Below are positions 38,015 through 47,047 of a stretch of DNA of 64,000 bases, one piece after another. Within the stretch, counting starts at the first letter, position 1. The number at the start of each line of letters is the position of its first letter. Under the pieces are notes generated by a model that was given only the letters and a program-made list of their open reading frames with translations, did no database searches and had not been told where the DNA came from. The stretch lies in contig CAVOMQ010000001.1 in assembly GCA_963697065.1 (NCBI GenBank), forward strand, positions 386,518-450,517, written 5' to 3'. Source of the DNA: an uncultured Gemmatimonadales bacterium. Lineage in GTDB: Bacteria; Gemmatimonadota; Gemmatimonadetes; Gemmatimonadales; GWC2-71-9. Both the position numbers and the translations under genes were made by a program.

Positions 38015-39452
38015 AGTCCCGTCCGAAGGGGGGACGCCGGGTTCGGCTGAGGTGCCGCCGCCCGCCGTCGACGACGCGGCCGAGGCCCGCAAGCACTCGC
38101 CGATTCTGCTCTTCGTCGGTCCGCCGGGCGTCGGCAAGACGTCGGTCGCCAAGAGCATCGCCCGCGCCATGGGACGCAAGTATGTCCGCATCTCGCTCGG
38201 CGGCGCGCGGGACGAAGCCGACATCCGCGGTCATCGCCGCACCTACGTCGGCGCGATGCCGGGACGCATCATCCAGGGGATGAAGCAGGCCGGCACCAAG
38301 AACCCGGTCTTCCTGCTCGACGAGGTCGACAAGCTCGGTGTCTCGTTCCAGGGAGATCCGGCGGCCGCGTTGCTCGAGGTGCTCGATCCGGCGCAGAACG
38401 ATTCGTTCACCGATCACTATCTCGGGATCCCGTTCGATCTCAGCGAAGTGCTGTTCATCGCCACGGCCAACCTGGCGCAGAACATCCCCGGACCGCTGCT
38501 CGACCGGATGGAGATGGTGGAATTCTCGGGTTACATCGAGGCCGAGAAGGTCGCCATCGCCGAACGGTACCTGGTGCCGCGCCAGGTCGAGGAAAACGGG
38601 TTGACGCCGGAGCGCATCAACTTCACCGGCCCCGCGCTGCTGGAACTGGTGCAGCGCTACACCCGCGAAGCGGGCGTGCGTCAACTGGAGCGCGAAATCG
38701 GCAAGGTGACGCGCAAGGTCGCGCGCCGGCTGGCCGACGGCAACGAAGGTCCGGTCGCGATCACCCCGGCGCTGATTCGCGAACTGCTCGGCCGGCCCAA
38801 GCTCCACCCGGAGGAAAAGGCCGGGGTCGACCAGGTCGGCGTGGCCACCGGCATGTACTACACGCCGATGGGCGGCGACATCATGTTCGTCGAGGCCTCC
38901 ACCATGCGTGGCAAGGGCGAACTGGTCCTCACCGGCCAGCTCGGCGACGTCATGAAGGAGTCGGCGCGCGCGGCGTGGTCGTACGCCCGCTCGCACGCGG
39001 CGGCGCTGCACATCAAGGACGAGATGTTCGACCGCGACGTCCACATCCACGTCCCCGCCGGCGCCATCCCGAAGGATGGCCCGAGCGCCGGTGTCACCAT
39101 GGCGACGGCGCTCGTGTCGGCGCTCTCGGGCCGCGACGTCCGCCACGACATCGCCATGACGGGCGAGGTGACGCTGCGGGGGCGGGTGCTGCCGATCGGC
39201 GGCGTCAAAGAGAAGCTGCTCGGGGCGCTCCGCGCCGGCATCTCGCGGGTGATCATCCCGAAGCAGAACGAGCCCGATCTCGACGACCTTCCCGAAGAGG
39301 CGCGGAAGCGGCTCGATGTGCACCTGGTGGAAGAACTCGGCGAAGTGCTGGCGCTGGCGCTGCGTGACGCGCGCTACAGCGAAGGCAAACTGCTCTTCGG
39401 CGACGAGAATCCGCACGACGTGGTCCCGCTGACCGTGCCGTACCGCCACTAG
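37944..39452 (+). CDS. lon: Lon protease, AAA+ ATPase and S16 protease segment (in a different frame from the N-terminal segment)
   Basis: Walker [10 protein letters not shown], Walker [10 protein letters not shown], catalytic [17 protein letters not shown] and [10 protein letters not shown]. The frame is open from 37944 and overlaps the end of the previous segment. Confidence 0.85.
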   Translation: MPCAPGGTRARRHPPMPPSQAAGEVPSEGGTPGSAEVPPPAVDDAAEARKHSPILLFVGPPGVGKTSVAKSIARAMGRKYVRISLGGARDEADIRGHRRTYVGAMPGRIIQGMKQAGTKNPVFLLDEVDKLGVSFQGDPAAALLEVLDPAQNDSFTDHYLGIPFDLSEVLFIATANLAQNIPGPLLDRMEMVEFSGYIEAEKVAIAERYLVPRQVEENGLTPERINFTGPALLELVQRYTREAGVRQLEREIGKVTRKVARRLADGNEGPVAITPALIRELLGRPKLHPEEKAGVDQVGVATGMYYTPMGGDIMFVEASTMRGKGELVLTGQLGDVMKESARAAWSYARSHAAALHIKDEMFDRDVHIHVPAGAIPKDGPSAGVTMATALVSALSGRDVRHDIAMTGEVTLRGRVLPIGGVKEKLLGALRAGISRVIIPKQNEPDLDDLPEEARKRLDVHLVEELGEVLALALRDARYSEGKLLFGDENPHDVVPLTVPYRH

Positions 39453-39469
39453 CACTGCCGTCAGCTGAC

Positions 39470-39507
39470 GCAGCGGGGACCGTTCCGATCGGGACGGTCC
39501 CCGCTGC
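39470..39507. terminator. GC-rich hairpin between convergent lon and GGDEF genes (bidirectional intrinsic terminator candidate)
   Basis: gcagcggggaccg (39470-39482) pairs with cggtccccgctgc (39495-39507). Followed by gtttcc on the plus strand. Confidence 0.6.
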
Positions 39508-39517
39508 GTTTCCGGGG

Positions 39518-41125
39518 CTACGCCATCTCGGTGCGGTCGCGGCCCGACGCCTTCGCGGCATACAGCGCGCGATCGGCCGCCGCCGCCAGTTCAGTAGCCG
39601 ACGTCGGCGTGCCGACGAACGTCGCCACTCCGATGCTCACGTGCTGCTGAATGAGGTCACCGTCGCCGATCGTCATCGGATTTTCCTTCAGTCCCTCGCG
39701 CAGCTTGTCGGCAACGGCGCGCCCCATCGAGGGCGCGCACTTCCGCAGGATGATCCCGAACTCCTCGCCGCCGTACCGTCCCAGCATGTCCGACGAGCGG
39801 ATCATCCCGCGGAAGATCGTGGCGGCGTGGAGCAACACCTGATCGCCGATCAGATGCCCGTAGGTGTCGTTCACCCGCTTGAAATGATCCAGATCCAGCA
39901 TCAGAAAGCAGAGCGGCTCACCGTGGCGCACGGAATAGGCCAGGGCATGTTCGAGTTCCGCCATCAGCGTGGCGTGGTTGAACACCCCGGTCAGTCCGTC
40001 GCGATGCACCAGCTCGCGGATGCGGCGGCCGCGTTCGGTTCGCGTCAGCACCACCTGCAGCAGATGATTGCGCTCCACCGGTTTCGCGATGAAATCGTCG
40101 CCACCGGCGCGCAATCCTTCCATTTCGTCCGCCAGGTCGTGCCGTACCGTCAGGAATACGATCGGCACCAGCGCCAAGCGCGGATCCTGTCGCATCAACC
40201 GCGCAATGGCGTAGCCCTCGACATCCGGCAGATCGACGTCGAGCAGCACCAGGTCGGGCGTCTCCTTGTTGAGCACGTCGCGCGCGGTCTGGGCGCTGGT
40301 CGTGAGCCTGACCCGCGCATTGAGGTGGCCGAGCCAGGCGGAGATCAGCTGCGCCTGTGATGGATCGTCCTCGACCACTATGACGGTCGGCGGTGGGGCG
40401 CCGACCTGCGCCAGCGCCCGGGCATAGTGAGCCAGTTCGTCGGGAAGTTCCGCCGGGCCGAAGACGGCATCAAGCCCCGCCGCCGCCGTGCGGAGGCGGT
40501 CGAAACGCTCGGCGGGATCGGCCAGGACTACCGCCCGCGGCCGGTCCGGCGTCGCCGCCGCCCAGTAGCGCGACACCCGCAATGCGTCGATCTCGCCGTC
40601 CGTTCCGATCACCACCAGATCGGGATGATCCGATGGCGCAATGTCCCACGGATCGACCGCGCTGCCGTGTACGTCGACTTCGAAGCCGACCTTCTGCAGG
40701 GCGCCAACCAGGCCGTCGCGCAACGGCGATGGCTCCATGATCAGCAGCGTGCGCCAGCCGAATCCCGCCATCCGGCCGAACGCCATCGGCACTTCGAGGT
40801 GCGTGGCGGCTTCGTCGAAGGCTGACTTCAGTTCGGCAATGGCGCGTTCGAATTGTTCCGATTCTTGCGGGGTCGGCGCCGGCGGCGTGAGAATGCGGTG
40901 CTCCATCGCGCGGCTGATGTCCGTGACCTGCGGAAAGCCGTATGAACCGCCCGATCCGGCCAGGCGATGAAAGCGCTGCCGCAACGACTCGAGTGCATCG
41001 GGCTCCCCGGCGCGCCAGGCCGCCAGATCCTTGCGCAATTCGGCCAGCCGTTCCGGCGCATCGCGAAGGTAGTCGCGCTGCAGCGCGGCGTACCCGTCGT
41101 CCTCTTCCGTTTCCGGCGCCGTCAT
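39518..41125 (-). CDS. Hpt - degenerate receiver - receiver - GGDEF diguanylate cyclase
   Basis: Hpt motif FHRLAGSGGSYG. Second REC domain with VIVVEDD...LLDVDLPDVEG...FIAKP. GGDEF active site RYGGEEFGI. Confidence 0.85.
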   Translation of the reverse strand: MTAPETEEDDGYAALQRDYLRDAPERLAELRKDLAAWRAGEPDALESLRQRFHRLAGSGGSYGFPQVTDISRAMEHRILTPPAPTPQESEQFERAIAELKSAFDEAATHLEVPMAFGRMAGFGWRTLLIMEPSPLRDGLVGALQKVGFEVDVHGSAVDPWDIAPSDHPDLVVIGTDGEIDALRVSRYWAAATPDRPRAVVLADPAERFDRLRTAAAGLDAVFGPAELPDELAHYARALAQVGAPPPTVIVVEDDPSQAQLISAWLGHLNARVRLTTSAQTARDVLNKETPDLVLLDVDLPDVEGYAIARLMRQDPRLALVPIVFLTVRHDLADEMEGLRAGGDDFIAKPVERNHLLQVVLTRTERGRRIRELVHRDGLTGVFNHATLMAELEHALAYSVRHGEPLCFLMLDLDHFKRVNDTYGHLIGDQVLLHAATIFRGMIRSSDMLGRYGGEEFGIILRKCAPSMGRAVADKLREGLKENPMTIGDGDLIQQHVSIGVATFVGTPTSATELAAAADRALYAAKASGRDRTEMA

Positions 41126-41808
41126 CGCGGTCCCACCAGCGCGGTGAAGGTCTCGCGCGCGGCGGCCACGAACGCCGGGCCACTCCCCCAGTGTCCCGCA
41201 AACCGTTCCCCATCCCGCCGCCCGATCAACGCCGCGCGGTCGTCGACGATCAGCAGCACCGGTTCACCGGGCCAGCTTGGGGCGGTAATCAGCTCGACCG
41301 CGATCGACCCCAGGGGAACCGGCGCTGTCGACGCCACCGTCAACGCGACGCCCGCCGTCGCAGCCCGTCGGAGATGCGGCGCCAGCGCCAGACATCCGTC
41401 AGGCGGCGCCAGCAGCTCGACGCGCGTCTTGGCGCGCGCAATCTCGTGACCCATGAGTTGCACCGCGCCGCGCGCCGAGGTGAGCTCCACCAACGTCGGC
41501 GTCTCCGGAGCCGCCAGCGTGGCCAGCGCCGCCGTCAAGTGGTCGATCGCTTCGCCCTGCCGGCCCACCAGGCGCGCGATCAGTGTCGCCGGGGGTTCCG
41601 GCCGGAACTGCCGCGGCCGCCCCTCTTCGACCCGGGCAGCACCTTTCGTGACCAGCCCTTCGAGCGCCGCGTACACGTTCGCGCGCGCCAGACCCGCGGC
41701 GCGAGCGACGGTGTATCCGGTCCCGGGGCCTCCGGTCAACAGGACTTCGTAGATCAAGCTCTCCGTCGGCGTGAAGCCGAAGGGCGTCAGATCGATGCGC
41801 CCCACCAT
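41122..41808 (-). CDS. TrmB-like winged-helix transcriptional regulator
   Basis: ATG at complement of 41806-41808. N-terminal LTPFGFTPTESLIYEVLLTGGPGTGYTVARAAGLARANVYAALEGLVTKGAA is a TrmB-type wHTH. ATGA overlap with the downstream GGDEF gene. Confidence 0.65.
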   Translation of the reverse strand: MVGRIDLTPFGFTPTESLIYEVLLTGGPGTGYTVARAAGLARANVYAALEGLVTKGAARVEEGRPRQFRPEPPATLIARLVGRQGEAIDHLTAALATLAAPETPTLVELTSARGAVQLMGHEIARAKTRVELLAPPDGCLALAPHLRRAATAGVALTVASTAPVPLGSIAVELITAPSWPGEPVLLIVDDRAALIGRRDGERFAGHWGSGPAFVAAARETFTALVGPR

Positions 41809-41809
41809 G

Positions 41810-42973
41810 TCATGAGTACTCGAGCCGCCAGCCAAGCCGTTTGGCGATCTTCGCCAGACGGAAGGTGATGTCGGCCTGTCGCGACGCCAGCTCGCCATCG
41901 TCCGGAGTGAGCGGCCAGCAATGATAGGTGATCGGCGTCGTCGGCTTCGGCTGGGAGCGCAGGTTCTTCGGATGCCAGACGCCATCGGCGTCGACGTCCT
42001 CCAGCAGCCGCAGCAGACCCTGCGATGCGCCCGGAGCAGTCGCGACGTACGACTGCCCGAATCCGGCGAGCAGTTCGATGTAATGCAAGGCCAGCGGAAT
42101 GTCTTTCGGCAGCCCTTTGAGCTTGCTGTCGAGTTCGATCGGATCGCCGAGAAGCATGTGCGTCGGCTTCATGGTGCGCCCACCGATGGCCACCATGTAG
42201 GAGCGACTCGGTGGCTGCAGCGCCAGGTACTGGGTCAACCGGTCGATGAACCCGGCCCGCTCGCGCTGCAGCGAGGGCATCGCCGACAGCATCGCCACCG
42301 ACCACCACGTCGGCGGTACCGCTTCCGGATTCAGCTGGTACCCGCCCCCCTTCTTCACGAACGGGTTCTCCGCCAGCGACGAACGGAGATAGCCGGAAAT
42401 GGCGCTGACCAGCTTGTGCGCCGCACCGCGCAACCGCGGATCGTCCTCGTGGCCGGCTTCGGCCAGCGCGGTGCACACCCCTTCGCGCAACAGCAGGCGG
42501 TATGCACCATCGGTCCGCGGATCGTCATCGACCGCGTCCTCGAACTCACCGAGCAGCACCGGATCGGGATCGCGCGACAACACCCGGAACAGCAATCGAT
42601 CCGTCACCCGGAACGGACGGGTCGTCGTGGGCACACCAAGCTGCAACAGCCGGCGATATTGGGCGACGGTGCCGACTTCTTCGATGTGATCGCGTTCCGA
42701 AGGCTGGAAGGCGAGGAAATTGTCGCCCCACATCCCGTTGTCCTGCTGACGGGTCGTGACGGCGGACACCTGGGGCGAAAGCACCAGGTCCTTCAAAGCC
42801 TGTTGCAGCACGGTCTGGTCGACGGCGCCTTCGGGAGCGAGTTCGGCCAGAGCGCGGTAGCGGATCGAGGGGCCACCGTGCTCGACGAGCCAGGTGAGGG
42901 GGATGCGGTGGGTGACGGGGAATTCCAGAGCGCAACTCCTGAAAAAGCCCTCGACCGAAGCAGCGGATGCCAC
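41810..42973 (-). CDS. Hypothetical protein, 387 aa (a single QxxDNGMWG motif reminiscent of prenyltransferase/squalene-cyclase QW repeats)
   Basis: ORF 41810..42973 with coding-like composition. Its stop is 1 nt from the TrmB-like start. No confident family assignment. Confidence 0.6.
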   Translation of the reverse strand: MASAASVEGFFRSCALEFPVTHRIPLTWLVEHGGPSIRYRALAELAPEGAVDQTVLQQALKDLVLSPQVSAVTTRQQDNGMWGDNFLAFQPSERDHIEEVGTVAQYRRLLQLGVPTTTRPFRVTDRLLFRVLSRDPDPVLLGEFEDAVDDDPRTDGAYRLLLREGVCTALAEAGHEDDPRLRGAAHKLVSAISGYLRSSLAENPFVKKGGGYQLNPEAVPPTWWSVAMLSAMPSLQRERAGFIDRLTQYLALQPPSRSYMVAIGGRTMKPTHMLLGDPIELDSKLKGLPKDIPLALHYIELLAGFGQSYVATAPGASQGLLRLLEDVDADGVWHPKNLRSQPKPTTPITYHCWPLTPDDGELASRQADITFRLAKIAKRLGWRLEYS

Positions 42974-43049
42974 TTGGCGCCACCCGATCAGCCCCGCGGT
43001 TCAACCCGGTTGGCTGCCCGGCGGCATGTACGGCAAAGCCATTGCCGCG

Positions 43050-43078
43050 CAATATATTACGGTTAGTTGTTGTTTCCA
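43050..43078 (-). promoter_or_regulatory. Sigma70-like promoter TTGGAA-N17-TATATT for the 42973..39518 operon
   Basis: On the minus strand: TTGGAA (complement of 43073-43078), a 17-nt spacer, then TATATT (complement of 43050-43055), in a locally AT-rich patch about 75 nt upstream of the ATG at 42973. An inverted repeat CGGCAA-N5-TTGCCG at 43030-43046 sits just downstream of the -10. Confidence 0.45.
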
Positions 43079-43123
43079 ATACCATTTCGGCGGACGCGCC
43101 GCAACCACGGCCCCAGGCCGACG

Positions 43124-44089
43124 CTACTGGTACTGGATGTAGAGCGGGACCGGCCGGAGCGCCAGGATCTCGGCGAACGACAGCATCGGCCTGTCGTTCT
43201 TGTAGAAGAGCTTGATGCCGGCGTATTGCACCGGGTTGTGGGTCACCACCACGTCGTAGATATGCTTCTTCAGGGCGGGCGCCCCGAACCCGTCCATGTC
43301 GATGACGACCTGGACGCGCGGGTCGGTGATGATGTCCCGGTAGCCGGTGAGCATCCGGTCGGTGAAGCGGTGCACCACCAGCACCTTCGGCGGCAGATGG
43401 TACTCGGTTACCAGCTGCGCCAGATAGCGGATGGCGAAATTCACCTGGCTGGCATTGAGCGTACCGATGTAGCGTCCGGGAACCCTGCCGCCCGTCATCG
43501 CGAATTCCGGATCGAGTGCGAGATGCACCCATGGCTTCCGCAGCCATGGCACCAGATGTGACAGTTCGTCCGGCACGGTGCTCTGCCCCACCTGCACGTC
43601 GAGAAACAGCAGCCATCCGCGTTCCTGGGCCCAATCGGCTACTTCGTCGATCAGCGAATCGGAGTCCCGGAGCCGGTATTTCGAATCTCGCCCCGGCTGA
43701 CCTTGCGCAACGGTGGCGATGAGATGCAGCGCCGGGCGGACCGGGCGCGTGCTGTCGGCAGCCGCCCATTCCGCCGCCGTGGTCTCCAGCTTGGCCATCA
43801 TCGCCCCGGGCGGGAGGGCGCCGAGGATGCCCATGTGTGTCGAGAGCGGATTGCCGTAGAACGCCACAATGCGTGTGGCCGGCAGCAGCGCCCCGGGCAG
43901 CACCGCAAGCGGCCGGACGGCGTATGGCGGCAGCGCTGTATCGGCGAACACCGGAGCGGCCACCGGGATCGCCAGATCGCCCATCCCGAACTGGCCGGCG
44001 GGATTCTGCTCCGCCAGCGCAGGAAGCGGCGCGGTCAGCGCCCCGCAGCACAACAGCAGCACACCGTGACGTCGCATCGAACGAAGCAT
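43124..44089 (-). CDS. Exported hypothetical protein
   Basis: ATG at complement of 44087-44089 gives signal MLRSMRRHGVLLLCCGALTAPLPALA. The upstream 103 codons of track ORF 43124..44398 are antisense to the SelW-like gene and are rejected. Confidence 0.6.
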   Translation of the reverse strand: MLRSMRRHGVLLLCCGALTAPLPALAEQNPAGQFGMGDLAIPVAAPVFADTALPPYAVRPLAVLPGALLPATRIVAFYGNPLSTHMGILGALPPGAMMAKLETTAAEWAAADSTRPVRPALHLIATVAQGQPGRDSKYRLRDSDSLIDEVADWAQERGWLLFLDVQVGQSTVPDELSHLVPWLRKPWVHLALDPEFAMTGGRVPGRYIGTLNASQVNFAIRYLAQLVTEYHLPPKVLVVHRFTDRMLTGYRDIITDPRVQVVIDMDGFGAPALKKHIYDVVVTHNPVQYAGIKLFYKNDRPMLSFAEILALRPVPLYIQYQ

Positions 44090-44170
44090 AATCACGGCGC
44101 GATCCCGTTGGTCGCTCCGCACGACTCCGTTATGATTGGTGGCGCTGCCAACATCGGGAACTCCGGCTTG

Positions 44171-44407
44171 ATGCGGATCGACATCACGTTCTGCGTTGTC
44201 TGAAACTACGAGCACCGGGCGACCAGTCTGGCCGCCGAGCTCGGTCGCGAATTCCCCGACGCGGATGTCCGGTTGCACCGGAGCCACGGCGGGGTCTTTG
44301 AGGTATCGGTGGATCGAACCGTGATCTTCTCCAAACACGCGCTCGGCCGGCATGCCCAGCCCGGCGAGGTGCTCCGCCTGCTCCGCCAACACTTGCACGC
44401 CTCGTGA
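44171..44407 (+). CDS. SelW/SelT/SelH (Rdx) family redox protein with an in-frame TGA at the CxxU position (predicted selenoprotein)
   Basis: Own translation: MRIDITFCVV-TGA-NYEHRATSLAAELGREFPDADVRLHRSHGGVFEVSVDRTVIFSKHALGRHAQPGEVLRLLRQHLHAS-stop. TGA at 44201-44203 lies exactly where Rdx proteins carry the second redox residue (CxxC/CxxU). The GGxFEVxVD...IFSK signature continues in frame after it. The terminal TGA overlaps the pfkA GTG (GTGA). Confidence 0.75.
44209..44243 (+). other. Candidate bacterial SECIS hairpin 6 nt downstream of the in-frame UGA
   Basis: cgagc (44209-13) pairs with gctcg (44239-43). Upper stem 44216-18/44235-37 and 44220-21/44233-34 with bulged G44219. 11-nt apical loop. 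Folded by eye only. Confidence 0.3.
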
Positions 44408-45483
44408 GAATCGCTATCTCCACCGGCGGCGGCGACGCGCCGGGGCTCAACGCCGTCATCCGTGCCGCCGTCCTCTCCGCGCACGACCGCGGCTGGGAGT
44501 GCATCGGGATCCGCCGCGGCTACCTCGGCATCTACGACGGCACCGGCCTGGTGCGCCTCGGCGTGGAACAGGTGCGCGGTATCACGCACCTCGGCGGAAC
44601 GATCCTCGGCGCCGCCACCCACGGCAATCCCCTCCGCTGGCCGCAATTGCAGCCCGACGGCCGCGTCGTCGAAGTCGACCGGTGCGACGAACTGCTCGCG
44701 GCGTTCCGGCGCGAACGGATCGACGCGCTGGTGACCATCGGAGGGGACGGCTCGCTCAGCATCGCCGCCGAATTGTGGCGCCGCGGCCTGCCCGTCGTCG
44801 GCGTACCGAAGACGATCGACAACGACGTCACCGGTACCGAAACCACGATGGGTTTCGACACCGCCGTCTCGACCGCCACCGAAGCGCTCGACAAGCTCCA
44901 CACCACCGCCGAGGCGCATGACCGCGTCATGGTGGTCGAGGTGATGGGGCGCAATACCGGCTGGATCGCGCTGCACACCGGCATCTCGGGAACGGCGGAC
45001 GTCATCCTCATTCCGGAAATTCCGTTCGAGATCGACCTGGTCTGCGACAAGATCCGCCAGCTGGAACAGACCGGACGGCATTACGGCATCGTGGTCGCCG
45101 CCGAGGGCGCCGTGCCGGTCGGCGGCCAGGCGATCGTGCGCGAACACCGCGCCGCGGGCGCCACCGAGCGACTGGGCGGGATCGGCGAGATGGTGGCGCG
45201 CGGAATCACCGAACGCACCGGCAAGGAAACACGATCACTGGTACTGGGACACCTGCAGCGGGGTGGGTCTCCCACCACATTCGACCGATTGCTGGCGCTC
45301 CGTCTCGGCTCGGCGGCGGTTCGCGCCGTCGCGGAAGGAGATTTCGGCGTGATGGTCGCCTACAACCCGCCCCACATCACCCGGGTTCCGCTCGCCGACG
45401 CGGTGGGTCGCCTCAAGATCGTTCCGCTCGATTCGGGTGTGATTCTCACCGCGAGACACCTCGGCATCAGCTTCGGCGCCTGA
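44404..45483 (+). CDS. pfkA: ATP-dependent 6-phosphofructokinase
   Basis: GGGDAPGLNA, IGGDGS, PKTIDND and MGR motifs. Confidence 0.9.
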   Translation: MRIAISTGGGDAPGLNAVIRAAVLSAHDRGWECIGIRRGYLGIYDGTGLVRLGVEQVRGITHLGGTILGAATHGNPLRWPQLQPDGRVVEVDRCDELLAAFRRERIDALVTIGGDGSLSIAAELWRRGLPVVGVPKTIDNDVTGTETTMGFDTAVSTATEALDKLHTTAEAHDRVMVVEVMGRNTGWIALHTGISGTADVILIPEIPFEIDLVCDKIRQLEQTGRHYGIVVAAEGAVPVGGQAIVREHRAAGATERLGGIGEMVARGITERTGKETRSLVLGHLQRGGSPTTFDRLLALRLGSAAVRAVAEGDFGVMVAYNPPHITRVPLADAVGRLKIVPLDSGVILTARHLGISFGA

Positions 45484-45498
45484 GCAACGCGAGGCGGG

Positions 45499-45852
45499 TC
45501 AGCGCGTGATCCAGCCGCTCTGCTGACCTTCCAGACCCGGAAACGCTCCCACCGGCTGCCACATGGCCACCGATTCGATCCGCTCGGCGAGCTGCGCGTC
45601 CTTTTCGGTGATGCCACCCGCTGAGTGCGTCTGCAGGCGCACGACCACCCGACTCCAATGCACTTCCAGGTCGGGATGATGATTTGCGGCCTCGGCCACG
45701 AACGCGATGGCGTTGACGAGCAGTATCGTCGAACGCCAACCATCGGTGGAAAATTCCCGCACCAGCCAGCCGCCTTCTTCGCGCCAGTTGGTGAGATGCT
45801 TCAGCCGCCCCCGAAGGGCGTCGCCCTGCAACAACGGTTCACTTGTCGGCAT
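45499..45852 (-). CDS. phhB: Pterin-4-alpha-carbinolamine dehydratase
   Basis: Family signature ...FVAEAANHHPDLEVHWSRVVVRLQTH; size 117 aa. Confidence 0.85.
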   Translation of the reverse strand: MPTSEPLLQGDALRGRLKHLTNWREEGGWLVREFSTDGWRSTILLVNAIAFVAEAANHHPDLEVHWSRVVVRLQTHSAGGITEKDAQLAERIESVAMWQPVGAFPGLEGQQSGWITR

Positions 45853-45879
45853 CGCCGCATCACCTCGTAGTCCGTCGCG

Positions 45880-46374
45880 TCATGAGCTCGTCGCTTCGGC
45901 GTACGTCGCCGACTGGCCCGCCGATTCCTCCACCTCCACGGCAACGTAACCGAGGTGTGCCCCTTCGGCGCGAAGATCGCGACTGACCTGACGCACCAGC
46001 CACTCCGCCAGCAATTCTGCGGTCGTGTTGGTAATGGGAAGCATCACGCAATCGCGCGCCGGGAACCGGTAAGCCGCCTGTCCGAAGTAGTCCACCTCGA
46101 CGGAGCCATCCGCTTCGTGGATCCGCAGCTTCGGATTCTCGGCCGGCAACAATACCCGGTGGTCCATCATCTCGACGTACTTCCGCAGGACCCGCTTCAG
46201 CACCGCAAAGTCCACCACGAACGAACATTCGGCGTCGATCGGCCCCTCGACCGCAATGCCGAGCCGGTAATTGTGCCCGTGAAGGGACTCGCAGGTGTGG
46301 CCCCGAAAAGTGAGAAAATGAGCGGCCGCGAACGAGAGATAGTCCTTGCTCACCGCGACGCGATAGGTGCCCAC
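45880..46374 (-). CDS. 6-pyruvoyl-tetrahydropterin / 6-carboxytetrahydropterin synthase family protein
   Basis: FAAAHFL...CESLHGHNY (Cys-x3-His-Gly-His zinc/catalytic motif) and DFAVLK. Confidence 0.85.
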   Translation of the reverse strand: MGTYRVAVSKDYLSFAAAHFLTFRGHTCESLHGHNYRLGIAVEGPIDAECSFVVDFAVLKRVLRKYVEMMDHRVLLPAENPKLRIHEADGSVEVDYFGQAAYRFPARDCVMLPITNTTAELLAEWLVRQVSRDLRAEGAHLGYVAVEVEESAGQSATYAEATSS

Positions 46375-46583
46375 TGTTCATCTCCCCGGAGGTCCGTATG
46401 CCGACGGGCACCAACTTACCATCGCGTGCGACGATGGGGAACGCGTCCCCGGGATGGGACAACTGTCCCTCCGGAAGGACACTCGCGGCACGGCTCGATT
46501 CTACCAAGTCATTGAAACAGAATATGTTACGCCGTGGCACGGAGCTCGCTTCACAAGGGTGCAACCGCCATTCGGAGGTTGTC

Positions 46584-46964
46584 ATGCGTTTCGTCCGACT
46601 TGCCGCAGTTCCGATGTTCGCCGCCCTGGCCGCGATGCCGGCCCAGGCACAGTTCGCAGTACACGCCCGCATCGACTTCCCCGTCGTACGCCGGGCACCG
46701 CCCGTGATCGTCGCCGGGCGTCCGGCGGCGCGCCCCCTCGCGGTGCTGTCGTACTCCGCACGCCGCATCGGCCCCTGGCAGCAGAGCTACGTGCAGTGGG
46801 AGCCGATCACCGTATTCGTCCTCGACGGGCGCTACTACGACGCACCGATTCCACGCGCCCGTCCCGTTGCCGCGTATCGCTATCGCGATCGCTACTTCTT
46901 CGCGCCTCACGATCGCGACTGGCGGGAGCGTTACCGCGACAGTCACGGCCGATGGGACCGGTAA
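46584..46964 (+). CDS. Small exported hypothetical protein, Arg/Tyr/Trp-rich
   Basis: ATG at 46584, 5 nt after GGAGG. Signal MRFVRLAAVPMFAALAAMPAQA. Confidence 0.5.
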   Translation: MRFVRLAAVPMFAALAAMPAQAQFAVHARIDFPVVRRAPPVIVAGRPAARPLAVLSYSARRIGPWQQSYVQWEPITVFVLDGRYYDAPIPRARPVAAYRYRDRYFFAPHDRDWRERYRDSHGRWDR

Positions 46965-47047
46965 GCCGCGGTGCACCGTAAACGGAAGCGGGGGGCCCGA
47001 TCGAGGCCCCCCGCTTTTCGTCGCGGCCGCGCACTGCTGCCGGGTCG

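Noticed and set aside
43124-44398. Full-length 424-aa minus-strand ORF as listed in the track
   Set aside because: Only the part from the ATG at 44089 (signal peptide MLRSMRRHGVLLLCC...) looks like a protein. The upstream 103 codons are antisense to the SelW-like gene, whose family signature is much more convincing.
46375-46583. Possible riboswitch (preQ1 type) in the leader of the QueD/PTPS-family gene
   Set aside because: I could not find the conserved preQ1 aptamer sequence on the minus strand. The region contains only short generic hairpins.
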